Assembly: GCA_022560555.1 (NCBI GenBank)
Contig: JADFSZ010000099.1
Span: forward strand, 1-6,518
Length of the DNA stretch: 6,518 nt
From: PVC group bacterium
Lineage (GTDB): Bacteria > GCA-001730085 > JADFSZ01
Direction: 5' to 3'
A program made the translations under genes and the position numbers. Of the stretch, positions 1 to 6,480 are shown one piece after another. The notes below the pieces were generated by a model, which saw only the letters and a program-made list of their open reading frames with translations, was not told where the DNA came from and did not search any database. The first letter of the stretch is position 1. Each line of letters opens with the position of its first letter.

Positions 1-850
1 GGAACTTTGTCTTTAGATCATGAGATCAGTGTTGTGGATAACAACTCAACGGATGGATCTCAGGAAGCGTTTCAAAGCACCTGGGGGTCTCGTATTGAAC
101 TGATTGAAAACCGGGTGAATTGCGGATTTAGCCAGGCGGTTAATCAGGGGCTTCGAAAATCGATTGGCAAGATGATCCTGCTGATCAATTCCGACGTTAT
201 TTTAAATGATGAAGCCCTGAAAGCGATGGCGGCCTATATAAAGGCGCATCCGGATTGCGGGATGGTGTCTGTTCAGCTCCTTGATGAGGATGGCAAAAAG
301 CAGAATTCTTATGATACCTACCCATGCCTGAGAACGGAAGTATTGGGGAAGCCCCTCACCCGGTATCTCACACGTCGTTTCGGAGCTCACAGGAGCCCCA
401 AGGATGAGGTGATGATGGTAGAGAGTTTGGTAGGAGCCTGTTTTTTGGTGTCACGTGAAGCTCTTGGGGTTGTGGGTCCTATGGATGAACGCTATTATTT
501 TTTTATGGAAGAAACAGAGTGGTGTTATCGCATGAATCGGCAAGGATTTCATATTGCGTTTTTACCCCAAGTCAATGTGATTCATAAACAGGGGCAAACA
601 GCGAGTCAATACTGGTATGAAGCTCGCGTTGAGTATCATATCAGCAAGTATCTTTTTTTTGATCAAGTTTACGGATGGCCCTTACGCGTATGCTCACAGG
701 GTTTATCCGCGTTTAGATGCGGAATCAATTTTCTTTTTAATGCCGTGTTAGGCGTTTTTGTGTCTCAAAATAGAAAAAGAGCGGGCCTTTATGGCTATTT
801 GTTGATGTGGCATGTGCGCGGATGTCCCGGAACGTGGGGCTTGAGAATGA
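1..850 (+). other. GT2 (Glycos_transf_2, WbbL/rhamnosyltransferase-like) catalytic domain of the fusion protein, N-terminus off-window
   Basis: Motifs VVDNNSTDGS, NxGFxxAxNxG, NSDV and EETEW-x-YR...H-x-x-G occur in the order typical of soluble GT-A fold GT2 enzymes. The domain end is approximate. Confidence 0.75.
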
Positions 851-2514
851 ATGAAGCGAAAAAGGTTGAAAAATGTGATGGTTCATCTTCGGGCAAAAAC
901 ACGGTTTGGGTTCGGCAACATATCCCTGAGGATGTAAAAAATGAAATTATCCGGATAACAAAAATGATAGATCAGCCTAGAGCGGAGACGGAATATTTCT
1001 CTTTATTAAAAGAATCGAGTGTGAGAAAAATATGGCGCTTCTCATCCGTTGGGGCGTCAGGATTTGTGATAAAAAAACACATACCCAAGGGAGCCGGAAA
1101 GTGGGTGCGGCAATGGTTCTCGCCCTCACAGGCGAAAAGAGAATATCAAGCTGCGTGGCATTTGCAATCCCTCGGCTTGCCGACGGTGACGCCACTTGCC
1201 TATGGCACAAGTACTCACCAGGGTCCCCGAAAGGAATCATTTATTATTTTTGAAGAAATAAAGAATTTAGGTGTTTTGTCAGTTATTTACGAAGATTTTC
1301 AAAAAAACGGCTGTTCATTTCCGAAGGACGATTTGAAATGTCTTGCCGAGATAACGGCCAAAATGCACACACGTAACATTTATCACGCGGATTTCCATAT
1401 CGGGAATATCGGTGTCGTCAGCCATGGATCAGGCAAACAGTTCATTATTATGGATCTACAGCGGATAAAGTTCAAAGGACATTTGTCTAAAAGGAATCGA
1501 AAAAGAGATCTAGCCTATTTTGTGAGTCGATTTTTAAAAAACGATGCTTTGGCTTTTATCAAAGCGTATAATTCATTTTGTTCGGGGCATAAAGATATTG
1601 TGTTTGATGAGATATGGAGGCTTAAACAAAACATTGGAAACAAAAAACGTAAAAGGCGTTTAGCGCAAGCTCTTTATCCGAAGGGAAGCTGTGTTGTCCG
1701 GGAACATGGCTATAAGATTATTTTAGCCGGACGAAATTTTCAAAATCTGATCAAGAACGAATCAATATGGCCGGCTAAGGTCAAAGCCAATCCGGAGAAT
1801 AGAGTCATAAAAAAGTCAAGAACGTCTCAGGTTTATTATGGGAATTTTGGTAATATTGGGACTTGTTATTATAAAATTGATAATTCCCGCGGAGTTTATG
1901 ATTTTATAAAAAATATATTTCGACCCAGCCGGGCTCTGAGAGCTTGGCGGGCCTTGGCTCGTTTAGAACTTTTGGGCTTTCGTGTGCCACAGGCCGTTTT
2001 GTGTGCCGAAAAAAGAAACCTGATATTTTGGCGGGAGAGTTTTCTTATCACAAAATCCGTATCAGGAGCCGTATCTTTAGACCGGTATATCAAAGAGAAC
2101 GAATTATCTGAGAACTTTGCCGCCAAAAAGAAGTTTATTCTGGAGAACTTGGCCGATTTGCTTTTCAGACTGCATCTGCACAAAATTTACCATGCGGATC
2201 TCAAAGCGGCGAATATTCTTATCGATCCAAAAAATCTCGAGATGACGATTATTGATACGGATCGTGTGTATTTTAAGAAATGTCTTTTCGAGAAACATAT
2301 TGTTAAAAATCTATCACAGCTCAATGCCTCGTTTTTTGAAAATGTCAGTATGAAAGAACGGATGCGTTTTTTTCAAAAATACACACAAGGCGCCATGAGT
2401 CGCCCCCAACGATCCCGAGTTTTAAAGGCTGTTCAAACGAAAACAATTTCACGTTGGAAAGAGATCGGAAGATCCGTAAAGAGTATTCCCGGGGGGGCGA
2501 TGAACCATGCCTAA
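1..2514 (+). CDS. 5'-truncated multidomain protein: family-2 glycosyltransferase fused to two tandem lipopolysaccharide-kinase (Kdo/WaaP family, protein-kinase-like) domains
   Basis: The frame is open from nt 1 (GGA ACT precede the TTG at 7, with no upstream stop). The usual GT2 N-terminal strand (xSIIIPxYN) is missing, so the true start lies upstream of the window. GT2 motifs: EISVVDNNSTDGS, NCGFSQAVNQG, LLINSDV (DxD-like), FFMEETEWCYRMNRQGF...VIHKQG. These are followed by two kinase-like modules with HADFHIGN/MDLQR and HADLKAANILID/IDTDR. Stop is TAA at 2512-2514. Confidence 0.85.
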   Translation, partial: GTLSLDHEISVVDNNSTDGSQEAFQSTWGSRIELIENRVNCGFSQAVNQGLRKSIGKMILLINSDVILNDEALKAMAAYIKAHPDCGMVSVQLLDEDGKKQNSYDTYPCLRTEVLGKPLTRYLTRRFGAHRSPKDEVMMVESLVGACFLVSREALGVVGPMDERYYFFMEETEWCYRMNRQGFHIAFLPQVNVIHKQGQTASQYWYEARVEYHISKYLFFDQVYGWPLRVCSQGLSAFRCGINFLFNAVLGVFVSQNRKRAGLYGYLLMWHVRGCPGTWGLRMNEAKKVEKCDGSSSGKNTVWVRQHIPEDVKNEIIRITKMIDQPRAETEYFSLLKESSVRKIWRFSSVGASGFVIKKHIPKGAGKWVRQWFSPSQAKREYQAAWHLQSLGLPTVTPLAYGTSTHQGPRKESFIIFEEIKNLGVLSVIYEDFQKNGCSFPKDDLKCLAEITAKMHTRNIYHADFHIGNIGVVSHGSGKQFIIMDLQRIKFKGHLSKRNRKRDLAYFVSRFLKNDALAFIKAYNSFCSGHKDIVFDEIWRLKQNIGNKKRKRRLAQALYPKGSCVVREHGYKIILAGRNFQNLIKNESIWPAKVKANPENRVIKKSRTSQVYYGNFGNIGTCYYKIDNSRGVYDFIKNIFRPSRALRAWRALARLELLGFRVPQAVLCAEKRNLIFWRESFLITKSVSGAVSLDRYIKENELSENFAAKKKFILENLADLLFRLHLHKIYHADLKAANILIDPKNLEMTIIDTDRVYFKKCLFEKHIVKNLSQLNASFFENVSMKERMRFFQKYTQGAMSRPQRSRVLKAVQTKTISRWKEIGRSVKSIPGGAMNHA
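991..1585 (+). other. Lipopolysaccharide-kinase (Kdo/WaaP, PF06293-like) domain 1
   Basis: Candidate beta3 Lys in VIKKH (K at 1072-1077). Candidate alphaC Glu in AKREYQAAWHLQSLGLP (E at 1141-1143). Catalytic loop YHADFHIGNI (1381-1410). Metal-binding IIMDLQR (D at 1453-1455). Boundaries are approximate. Confidence 0.7.
1690..2385 (+). other. Lipopolysaccharide-kinase (Kdo/WaaP, PF06293-like) domain 2
   Basis: Candidate beta3 Lys in CYYKID (1873-1875). The helix ALRAWRALARLELLGFRVP aligns residue for residue with the domain 1 helix. Catalytic loop YHADLKAANILID (2188-2226) is near-canonical HxDLKxxN. Metal-binding IIDTDR (2248-2265). Boundaries are approximate. Confidence 0.75.
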
Positions 2515-3289
2515 TGTATCCATTGTTGTGCCGGTTTACAATCAACCTGAAGTGACAAAACAATGTCTCGAGAGTTTGTTGGCTCACACTTATCAAGGGT
2601 GCGAAATACTTGTGATAGATAACGCTTCTGATGGCCCTACACAGTCGTATTTAAAAACACTGCCTGTGAGGCTTATCACAAACGATGTGAATCGAGGATG
2701 CGCGGGAGCCTGGAATCAGGGAGTGCGTTTGAGCTGCCACGAATATATTTGTATTGTTAACAATGATATTGTTGTCACGCCCGGCTGGCTGGAGGCCCTT
2801 ATGAATTTTTTTCAATCACATCATTATAGTATGATTTCACCCGCGATGAGGGAGGGTGAATTGGATTACGATCTTGATCAATTTAGTCGTCAATTCCAGA
2901 ATTTATGGCGTGATGTGACCCTGAGAGGCGAATTTTACGGAGTGTGTTTTCTGGCCCATCGTACGTTGTATCAAGAGGTGGGACTCTTTGATGAGAATTT
3001 TCGTTTCGGGAAATTTGAAGACGAAGACTTTTATTTTCGTATGCGAAATCAAAATAAAGAAGCGGCCGTAACATGTACCGCATTCATTCATCATTTCGGA
3101 AGCAGGACCATTCAAACTCTTAAGAAAACCCAGGGAGATTTTGAAGAGGATAACCGTAAGTATTTTCAAAAAAAGTGGAAAAAACTTTACTTATGGCGCA
3201 AACTCCGTAAGTGGCGTCTCCTCGGACATCATAAACATGTTACGGACCTTATAAACCGGACACGCGCTTTTATTGCCGGCTCTAAGTGA
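2507..3289 (+). CDS. Family-2 glycosyltransferase (small soluble GT-A type)
   Basis: N-terminus is MPNVSIVVPVYNQPEVTKQCLESL (classic GT2 start), then ILVIDNASDG, NRGCAGAWNQG, IVNNDIVV and FEDEDFYFRMR...IHHFGS. ATG 2507 overlaps the upstream TAA (2512-2514) by 8 nt, and a G-rich stretch (GGGGGGG around 2489-2496) may serve as an SD. Stop is TGA 3287-3289. Confidence 0.88.
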   Translation: MPNVSIVVPVYNQPEVTKQCLESLLAHTYQGCEILVIDNASDGPTQSYLKTLPVRLITNDVNRGCAGAWNQGVRLSCHEYICIVNNDIVVTPGWLEALMNFFQSHHYSMISPAMREGELDYDLDQFSRQFQNLWRDVTLRGEFYGVCFLAHRTLYQEVGLFDENFRFGKFEDEDFYFRMRNQNKEAAVTCTAFIHHFGSRTIQTLKKTQGDFEEDNRKYFQKKWKKLYLWRKLRKWRLLGHHKHVTDLINRTRAFIAGSK

Positions 3290-4107
3290 GATTTGGTACA
3301 ATACCAAAGGATGAACATAAGGGTATGAATAAGACTATGAACAAAAAACCGCTCTCAAGCTTGTCGATATTTTTCCCCTGCTTTAATGATTCCGGGACCA
3401 TCGCGAGTCTTGTTGTTCTTGCGGATCAAATAGCGAATGAATTAACAGACGATTATGAAGTCATTGTTGTTGACGATGGGTCGACGGATGCCAGCCGTGA
3501 CATTCTTATCAGGTTATCCAAAGACTATCCTGCTCTAAAATTGATTCTGCATAGCAAGAATATGGGATATGGCGGTGCGTTAAGGTCAGGATTCCTCGGA
3601 GCGGATAAGGAATGGGTGTTTTATACGGACGGAGATAACCAATATGATGTGCGGGAATTGAAACGCTTGTGCGAACATGTATGTCCTGATATCGATGTGA
3701 TTAACGGATACAAAGTAGAGCGTTCGGACTCTTTGCACAGAATCATTATTGGTAAGACATATCACTATATTATGAAAATCATGTTTGGATTAAAGATCCG
3801 TGATGTTGACTGTGATTTTCGTCTGATAAGAAAAAGTGTTTTTAGCCAATTTCAATTAAAATATAAAAGCGGGGTTGTGTGTGTGGAACTCATAAAGAAA
3901 ATGGAGCTTTTGGGACTCAACTTCGTTAATGTCCCCGTTCAGCATTATTTCCGTATGCACGGTAAATCCCAGTTTTTTAATTTTCGACGATTGTTGAAAG
4001 TTGCTATTGATATTTTTCGCCTATGGGGGGATATCTTTATCGTGTCTAAAATTCGATATAACAAAGAATCGGCCCCGTCCAAAACCCGAGAGATATCATC
4101 AAGATGA
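3286..4107 (+). CDS. Family-2 glycosyltransferase, DPM1/ArnC-like (likely polyprenyl-phosphate sugar transferase type)
   Basis: Motifs LSIFFPCFNDSGTI, YEVIVVDDGSTDAS, KNMGYGGALRSGF, YTDGDNQYD (DxD) and DCDFRLIRKSVF. The start is uncertain. GTG 3286 gives a GTGA 4-nt overlap with the upstream stop. In-frame ATG 3325 and ATG 3337 each lie 13 nt downstream of an AAGGA/AAGGG, and they give an N-terminus of more typical length before the LSIFFP strand. Confidence 0.8.
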   Translation: MRFGTIPKDEHKGMNKTMNKKPLSSLSIFFPCFNDSGTIASLVVLADQIANELTDDYEVIVVDDGSTDASRDILIRLSKDYPALKLILHSKNMGYGGALRSGFLGADKEWVFYTDGDNQYDVRELKRLCEHVCPDIDVINGYKVERSDSLHRIIIGKTYHYIMKIMFGLKIRDVDCDFRLIRKSVFSQFQLKYKSGVVCVELIKKMELLGLNFVNVPVQHYFRMHGKSQFFNFRRLLKVAIDIFRLWGDIFIVSKIRYNKESAPSKTREISSR

Positions 4108-5108
4108 GAGAATTTGACATCGCAAAAATGTTTGATCATAAGAACGTTCTGATCACAGGTGGTCTTGGTTTTATCGGCAGCACCGTTGCCAGATATCTTG
4201 TCCAAAAAAGCTCGGCGCGCATTGTTCTGGTGGACTCATTGATTCCTGATTACGGCGGGAATCTTTTTAATATCAACGGGATTGAAGAACGCATGCATGT
4301 GAATATTGCGGATGTGCGTGATGAAAACACCATGAACAATATTGTTAAAAAGCAGGATGTTATATTCAATCTCGCGGGAACATCATCGCATGTTGATTCG
4401 ATGAAAGATCCGTTTACGGATTTGGATATCAACTGCCGAAGCCAATTGTCTATTTTGGAAGCCTGTAGAAAACATAATCCAAATGTCAAAATTGTTTTTT
4501 CGGGAACGCGGGGGGAGTATGGACGGGCAGATTATCTCCCGGTTGACGAGAAACATCCGTTGCATCCCACGGACGTTAACGGTATCAACAATATGGCCGG
4601 GGAATGGTATCACATATTGTATAACAATGTGTATGATATTCGTGCGACCTCATTGAGATTAACCAACACGTATGGACCGCGCCATCAGATGAAGCATAGT
4701 AAGCAAGGTTTCTTGAATTGGTTCATACGCCTCGCGATGGAGGATAAAGAAATTCCCATCTATGGCGACGGGGCTCAAAAAAGGGATTTTAACTTTGTTG
4801 ATGATGTGGCTATGGCCTTGATGATAGCGGCCGCGGATGACAAAGCGAATGGGAGAATCTATAATTTAGGAACCCTGGAACCCGTGAGCGTGGCGGATAT
4901 AGCCCGGATGATTATCAAAGAACTCGGACAGGGACGAATTAAGTTTGTTCCTTTCCCGGAGGATAAAAAGAGAATAGAAATCTGGGATTTTTATAGCGAT
5001 TACGGAAAAATAAAAGATGAGCTTGGTTGGAAGCCAAGTACTTCATTGGCTCGAGGGCTTAAAGATACGATCCGGTTTTATAAGAACAACAAAGAGCATT
5101 ATTGGTGA
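4104..5108 (+). CDS. NAD-dependent epimerase/dehydratase family protein (extended SDR), atypical active site
   Basis: Rossmann motif VLITGGLGFIGS (GxxGxxG, 4158-4178), then NLAGTSSHVDS, FSGTRGEYG, RLTNTYGPR, YGDGAQKRDFNFVDDV and the C-terminal LGWKP motif. Start/stop overlap with the upstream gene is ATGA (4104-4107). The canonical YxxxK position reads NGINN (4578-4592). Confidence 0.85.
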   Translation: MREFDIAKMFDHKNVLITGGLGFIGSTVARYLVQKSSARIVLVDSLIPDYGGNLFNINGIEERMHVNIADVRDENTMNNIVKKQDVIFNLAGTSSHVDSMKDPFTDLDINCRSQLSILEACRKHNPNVKIVFSGTRGEYGRADYLPVDEKHPLHPTDVNGINNMAGEWYHILYNNVYDIRATSLRLTNTYGPRHQMKHSKQGFLNWFIRLAMEDKEIPIYGDGAQKRDFNFVDDVAMALMIAAADDKANGRIYNLGTLEPVSVADIARMIIKELGQGRIKFVPFPEDKKRIEIWDFYSDYGKIKDELGWKPSTSLARGLKDTIRFYKNNKEHYW

Positions 5109-6229
5109 ATGTGAACATTCCTTTCTTCTATTATCAGCGTGAATATAAAAACATTCGAGCAGATCTCCAAAAAGCGGCCGGGGATGTATTTGCTTCAGGA
5201 CGATTTATTCTTGGCGATCATCTCAAATCATTTGAACAACAATTCGCACAATTTTGTGGGGCCCCATTTGCTGTTGGTGTCGCAAGCGGAACGGATGCGC
5301 TGACACTCGCCCTTTTGGCTTGTAGACTGAAGCCGGGAGATGAGGTGATAACAGTTGCCAATGGGGCTTATCCGACCATAGTGGGGATTGTAAGGGCAGG
5401 ACTTCGTCCGGTATTTGTTGATATTTGTCCCGAAACATGGCTCATGGATTCCAAACAGATCGCGGGCGCTTGTTCCAAAAAAACGAAAGCCATTATTCCC
5501 GTCCATCTTTTCGGGAATATGGTTGATATGAAGGCCTTGTCCAAAAGTGCGAAAACAAAAAAACTGATTGTTATTGAAGATGCGTGTCAAGCTCATGGAG
5601 GGATTCTTGATAAAAAGAAAGCCGGAACTTTTGGGCGTTTCGGATGTTTTAGTTTTTATCCAACCAAAAATTTGGGGGCCTTCGGAGACGGCGGGGCCAT
5701 CATTATGCATCGTCAAAAGGATTATAACGCCTTAAGACAGTCGAGAAATTATGGGCAATCGGATCGGTACAATCATCCCGTATTTGGATTGAACAGTCGT
5801 CTTGATGAATTGCAGGCGGCCTATTTGAGCGTTAAACTCAAATATTTAAAAAGATGGAATCAGTGGCGATCCCATCTAGCTCATTTGTATCGAGAACATC
5901 TGAAAAAAATTGATGAGATTTCCATGCCTTGTATAAACCCCTTAAGCCGGCAAACCCATCACTTATTTGTGATCCGAGTCAAAAAGAGAAATGCCCTGCA
6001 GGCCCATCTAGCCAAACAGGGGATTATGACCCTCATTCATTATCCGATTCCGGCTCACAGACAAAAAGCCTTTCTGGGGCTTGGTTATAAGGCGGGAGAT
6101 TTGCCTCATACGGAGAGATGCTGCCGCGAAATTTTATCCCTTCCCATAAGCCCCTTTTTAAAACCTTCTGAAGTGCGTACTATTTGCTCTTTGATTGAAG
6201 GGTATTATAAGAAAAATACCCGTTCGTGA
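5102..6229 (+). CDS. DegT/DnrJ/EryC1/StrS family PLP-dependent sugar aminotransferase
   Basis: Motifs FILGDHLKSFEQQFAQFCG, VASGTDALTLAL, PGDEVI, IIPVHLFGN, IEDACQAHG and FSFYPTKNLGAFGDGGAI, with the Schiff-base Lys at 5666-5668. Start candidates are TTG 5102, GTG 5105 (GTGA overlap with the upstream TGA at 5106-5108) and GTG 5111. AAAGAG at 5091-5096 is a possible SD. The gene ends with tandem in-frame stops TGATGA (6227-6232). Confidence 0.9.
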   Translation: MVNVNIPFFYYQREYKNIRADLQKAAGDVFASGRFILGDHLKSFEQQFAQFCGAPFAVGVASGTDALTLALLACRLKPGDEVITVANGAYPTIVGIVRAGLRPVFVDICPETWLMDSKQIAGACSKKTKAIIPVHLFGNMVDMKALSKSAKTKKLIVIEDACQAHGGILDKKKAGTFGRFGCFSFYPTKNLGAFGDGGAIIMHRQKDYNALRQSRNYGQSDRYNHPVFGLNSRLDELQAAYLSVKLKYLKRWNQWRSHLAHLYREHLKKIDEISMPCINPLSRQTHHLFVIRVKKRNALQAHLAKQGIMTLIHYPIPAHRQKAFLGLGYKAGDLPHTERCCREILSLPISPFLKPSEVRTICSLIEGYYKKNTRS

Positions 6230-6292
6230 TGATGTCAAAGTAATAATAACAAACAGAGTTACTTACATAAAAATTAAAAGTAGATCGTTTTG

Positions 6293-6322
6293 TTGACATA
6301 TACGACATATATGTGCTACTTA
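6293..6322 (+). promoter_or_regulatory. Candidate sigma70-type promoter for the riboswitch leader
   Basis: There is a perfect -35 hexamer TTGACA at 6293-6298. The best-spaced -10 is weak: TACTTA at 6317-6322 with 18-nt spacing, preceded by TGc at 6314-6316 (extended -10-like). Better -10 hexamers (TATAAA 6321-6326, CATAAT 6333-6338) are badly spaced. The region is AT-rich, so a chance match is possible. Confidence 0.35.
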
Positions 6323-6340
6323 TAAATACACACATAATAT

Positions 6341-6430
6341 ACTACTGAAATAGGGCATACTTTGGGTAACCAAAGGACGCAAAGTTACGGATCCCGCATG
6401 CACGGGATGGCCGATCTACCAGTGAATTTG
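6341..6430 (+). promoter_or_regulatory. c-di-GMP-I (GEMM-I) riboswitch aptamer, copy 1 (complete)
   Basis: The core GGGCATAC-TTTGG-GTAA-CCAAA-GGACGCAAAG (6353-6384) matches the remembered Vibrio cholerae Vc2 core GGGCAAACC-AUUC-GAAA-GAGU-GGGACGCAAAGCC, including a GNRA tetraloop hairpin. The second hairpin is CGG-ATCCCG-(CATGCA)-CGGGAT-GG-CCG (6388-6413), followed by CTACC (6416-6420), which resembles Vc2 UUACC. A possible closing helix is TACTG (6343-6347) with CAGTG (6420-6424). Outer boundaries are approximate. Confidence 0.85.
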
Positions 6431-6432
6431 AT

Positions 6433-6473
6433 AATCGTATTGGTTGAGAAGCCGTACGATTTTTTTGGTTTTT
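6433..6473 (+). terminator. Intrinsic (rho-independent) terminator; likely expression platform of riboswitch copy 1
   Basis: Stem AATCGTA(T)TGGT (6433-6444) pairs with GCCG-TACGATT (6451-6461): 7 Watson-Crick pairs, then 2 G-C and 2 G-U pairs with one bulged T. The loop is TGAGAA. A T-run follows at 6460-6466 (its first two T lie in the stem), then GG, then TTTTT (6469-6473). Confidence 0.6.
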
Positions 6474-6480
6474 ACAGTCG

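Noticed and set aside
653-660. A T8 homopolymer inside the GT2 coding region (similar T7 runs lie near 494-500 and 2367-2373), considered as a slipped-strand phase-variation site.
   Set aside because: The tracts are short for contingency loci. They encode ordinary Phe-Phe (TTT TTT) dipeptides in an AT-leaning genome, and nothing in the sequence suggests length polymorphism.
847-990. Internal ATG codons (for example 847 and 964) between the GT2 and first kinase module, considered as evidence that the 835-aa ORF is really two or more genes.
   Set aside because: No stop codon interrupts the frame anywhere between 1 and 2511, and no convincing SD precedes these ATGs. The fusion reading is the parsimonious one, although an assembly error cannot be excluded from the sequence alone.
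202-5716. Thirteen nested ORFs in the supplied track. Twelve are antisense: 202-390, 977-1240, 1896-2183, 2104-2298, 2345-2596, 2883-3083, 2903-3169, 3945-4205, 4250-4489, 4383-4613, 5223-5438 and 5228-5716. One is an alternative + frame at 1032-1253.
   Set aside because: All lie almost entirely inside + strand genes whose translations carry clear family motifs. Their own translations show no recognisable motifs, and they have the biased, low-complexity composition typical of shadow ORFs. The longest (162 aa, 5228-5716) simply mirrors the open antisense frame of the aminotransferase gene.
6232-6243. Mini-ORF ATG TCA AAG TAA immediately after the operon, considered as a leader peptide.
   Set aside because: It has three codons, no SD, and overlaps the tandem stop TGATGA. 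It is almost certainly fortuitous.
6238-6263. AGTAA...TTACT pairing after the aminotransferase stop, considered as the operon terminator.
   Set aside because: The stem is only 5 bp and AT-rich, the loop is 16 nt, and there is no trailing U-tract. This is far too weak to call an intrinsic terminator.
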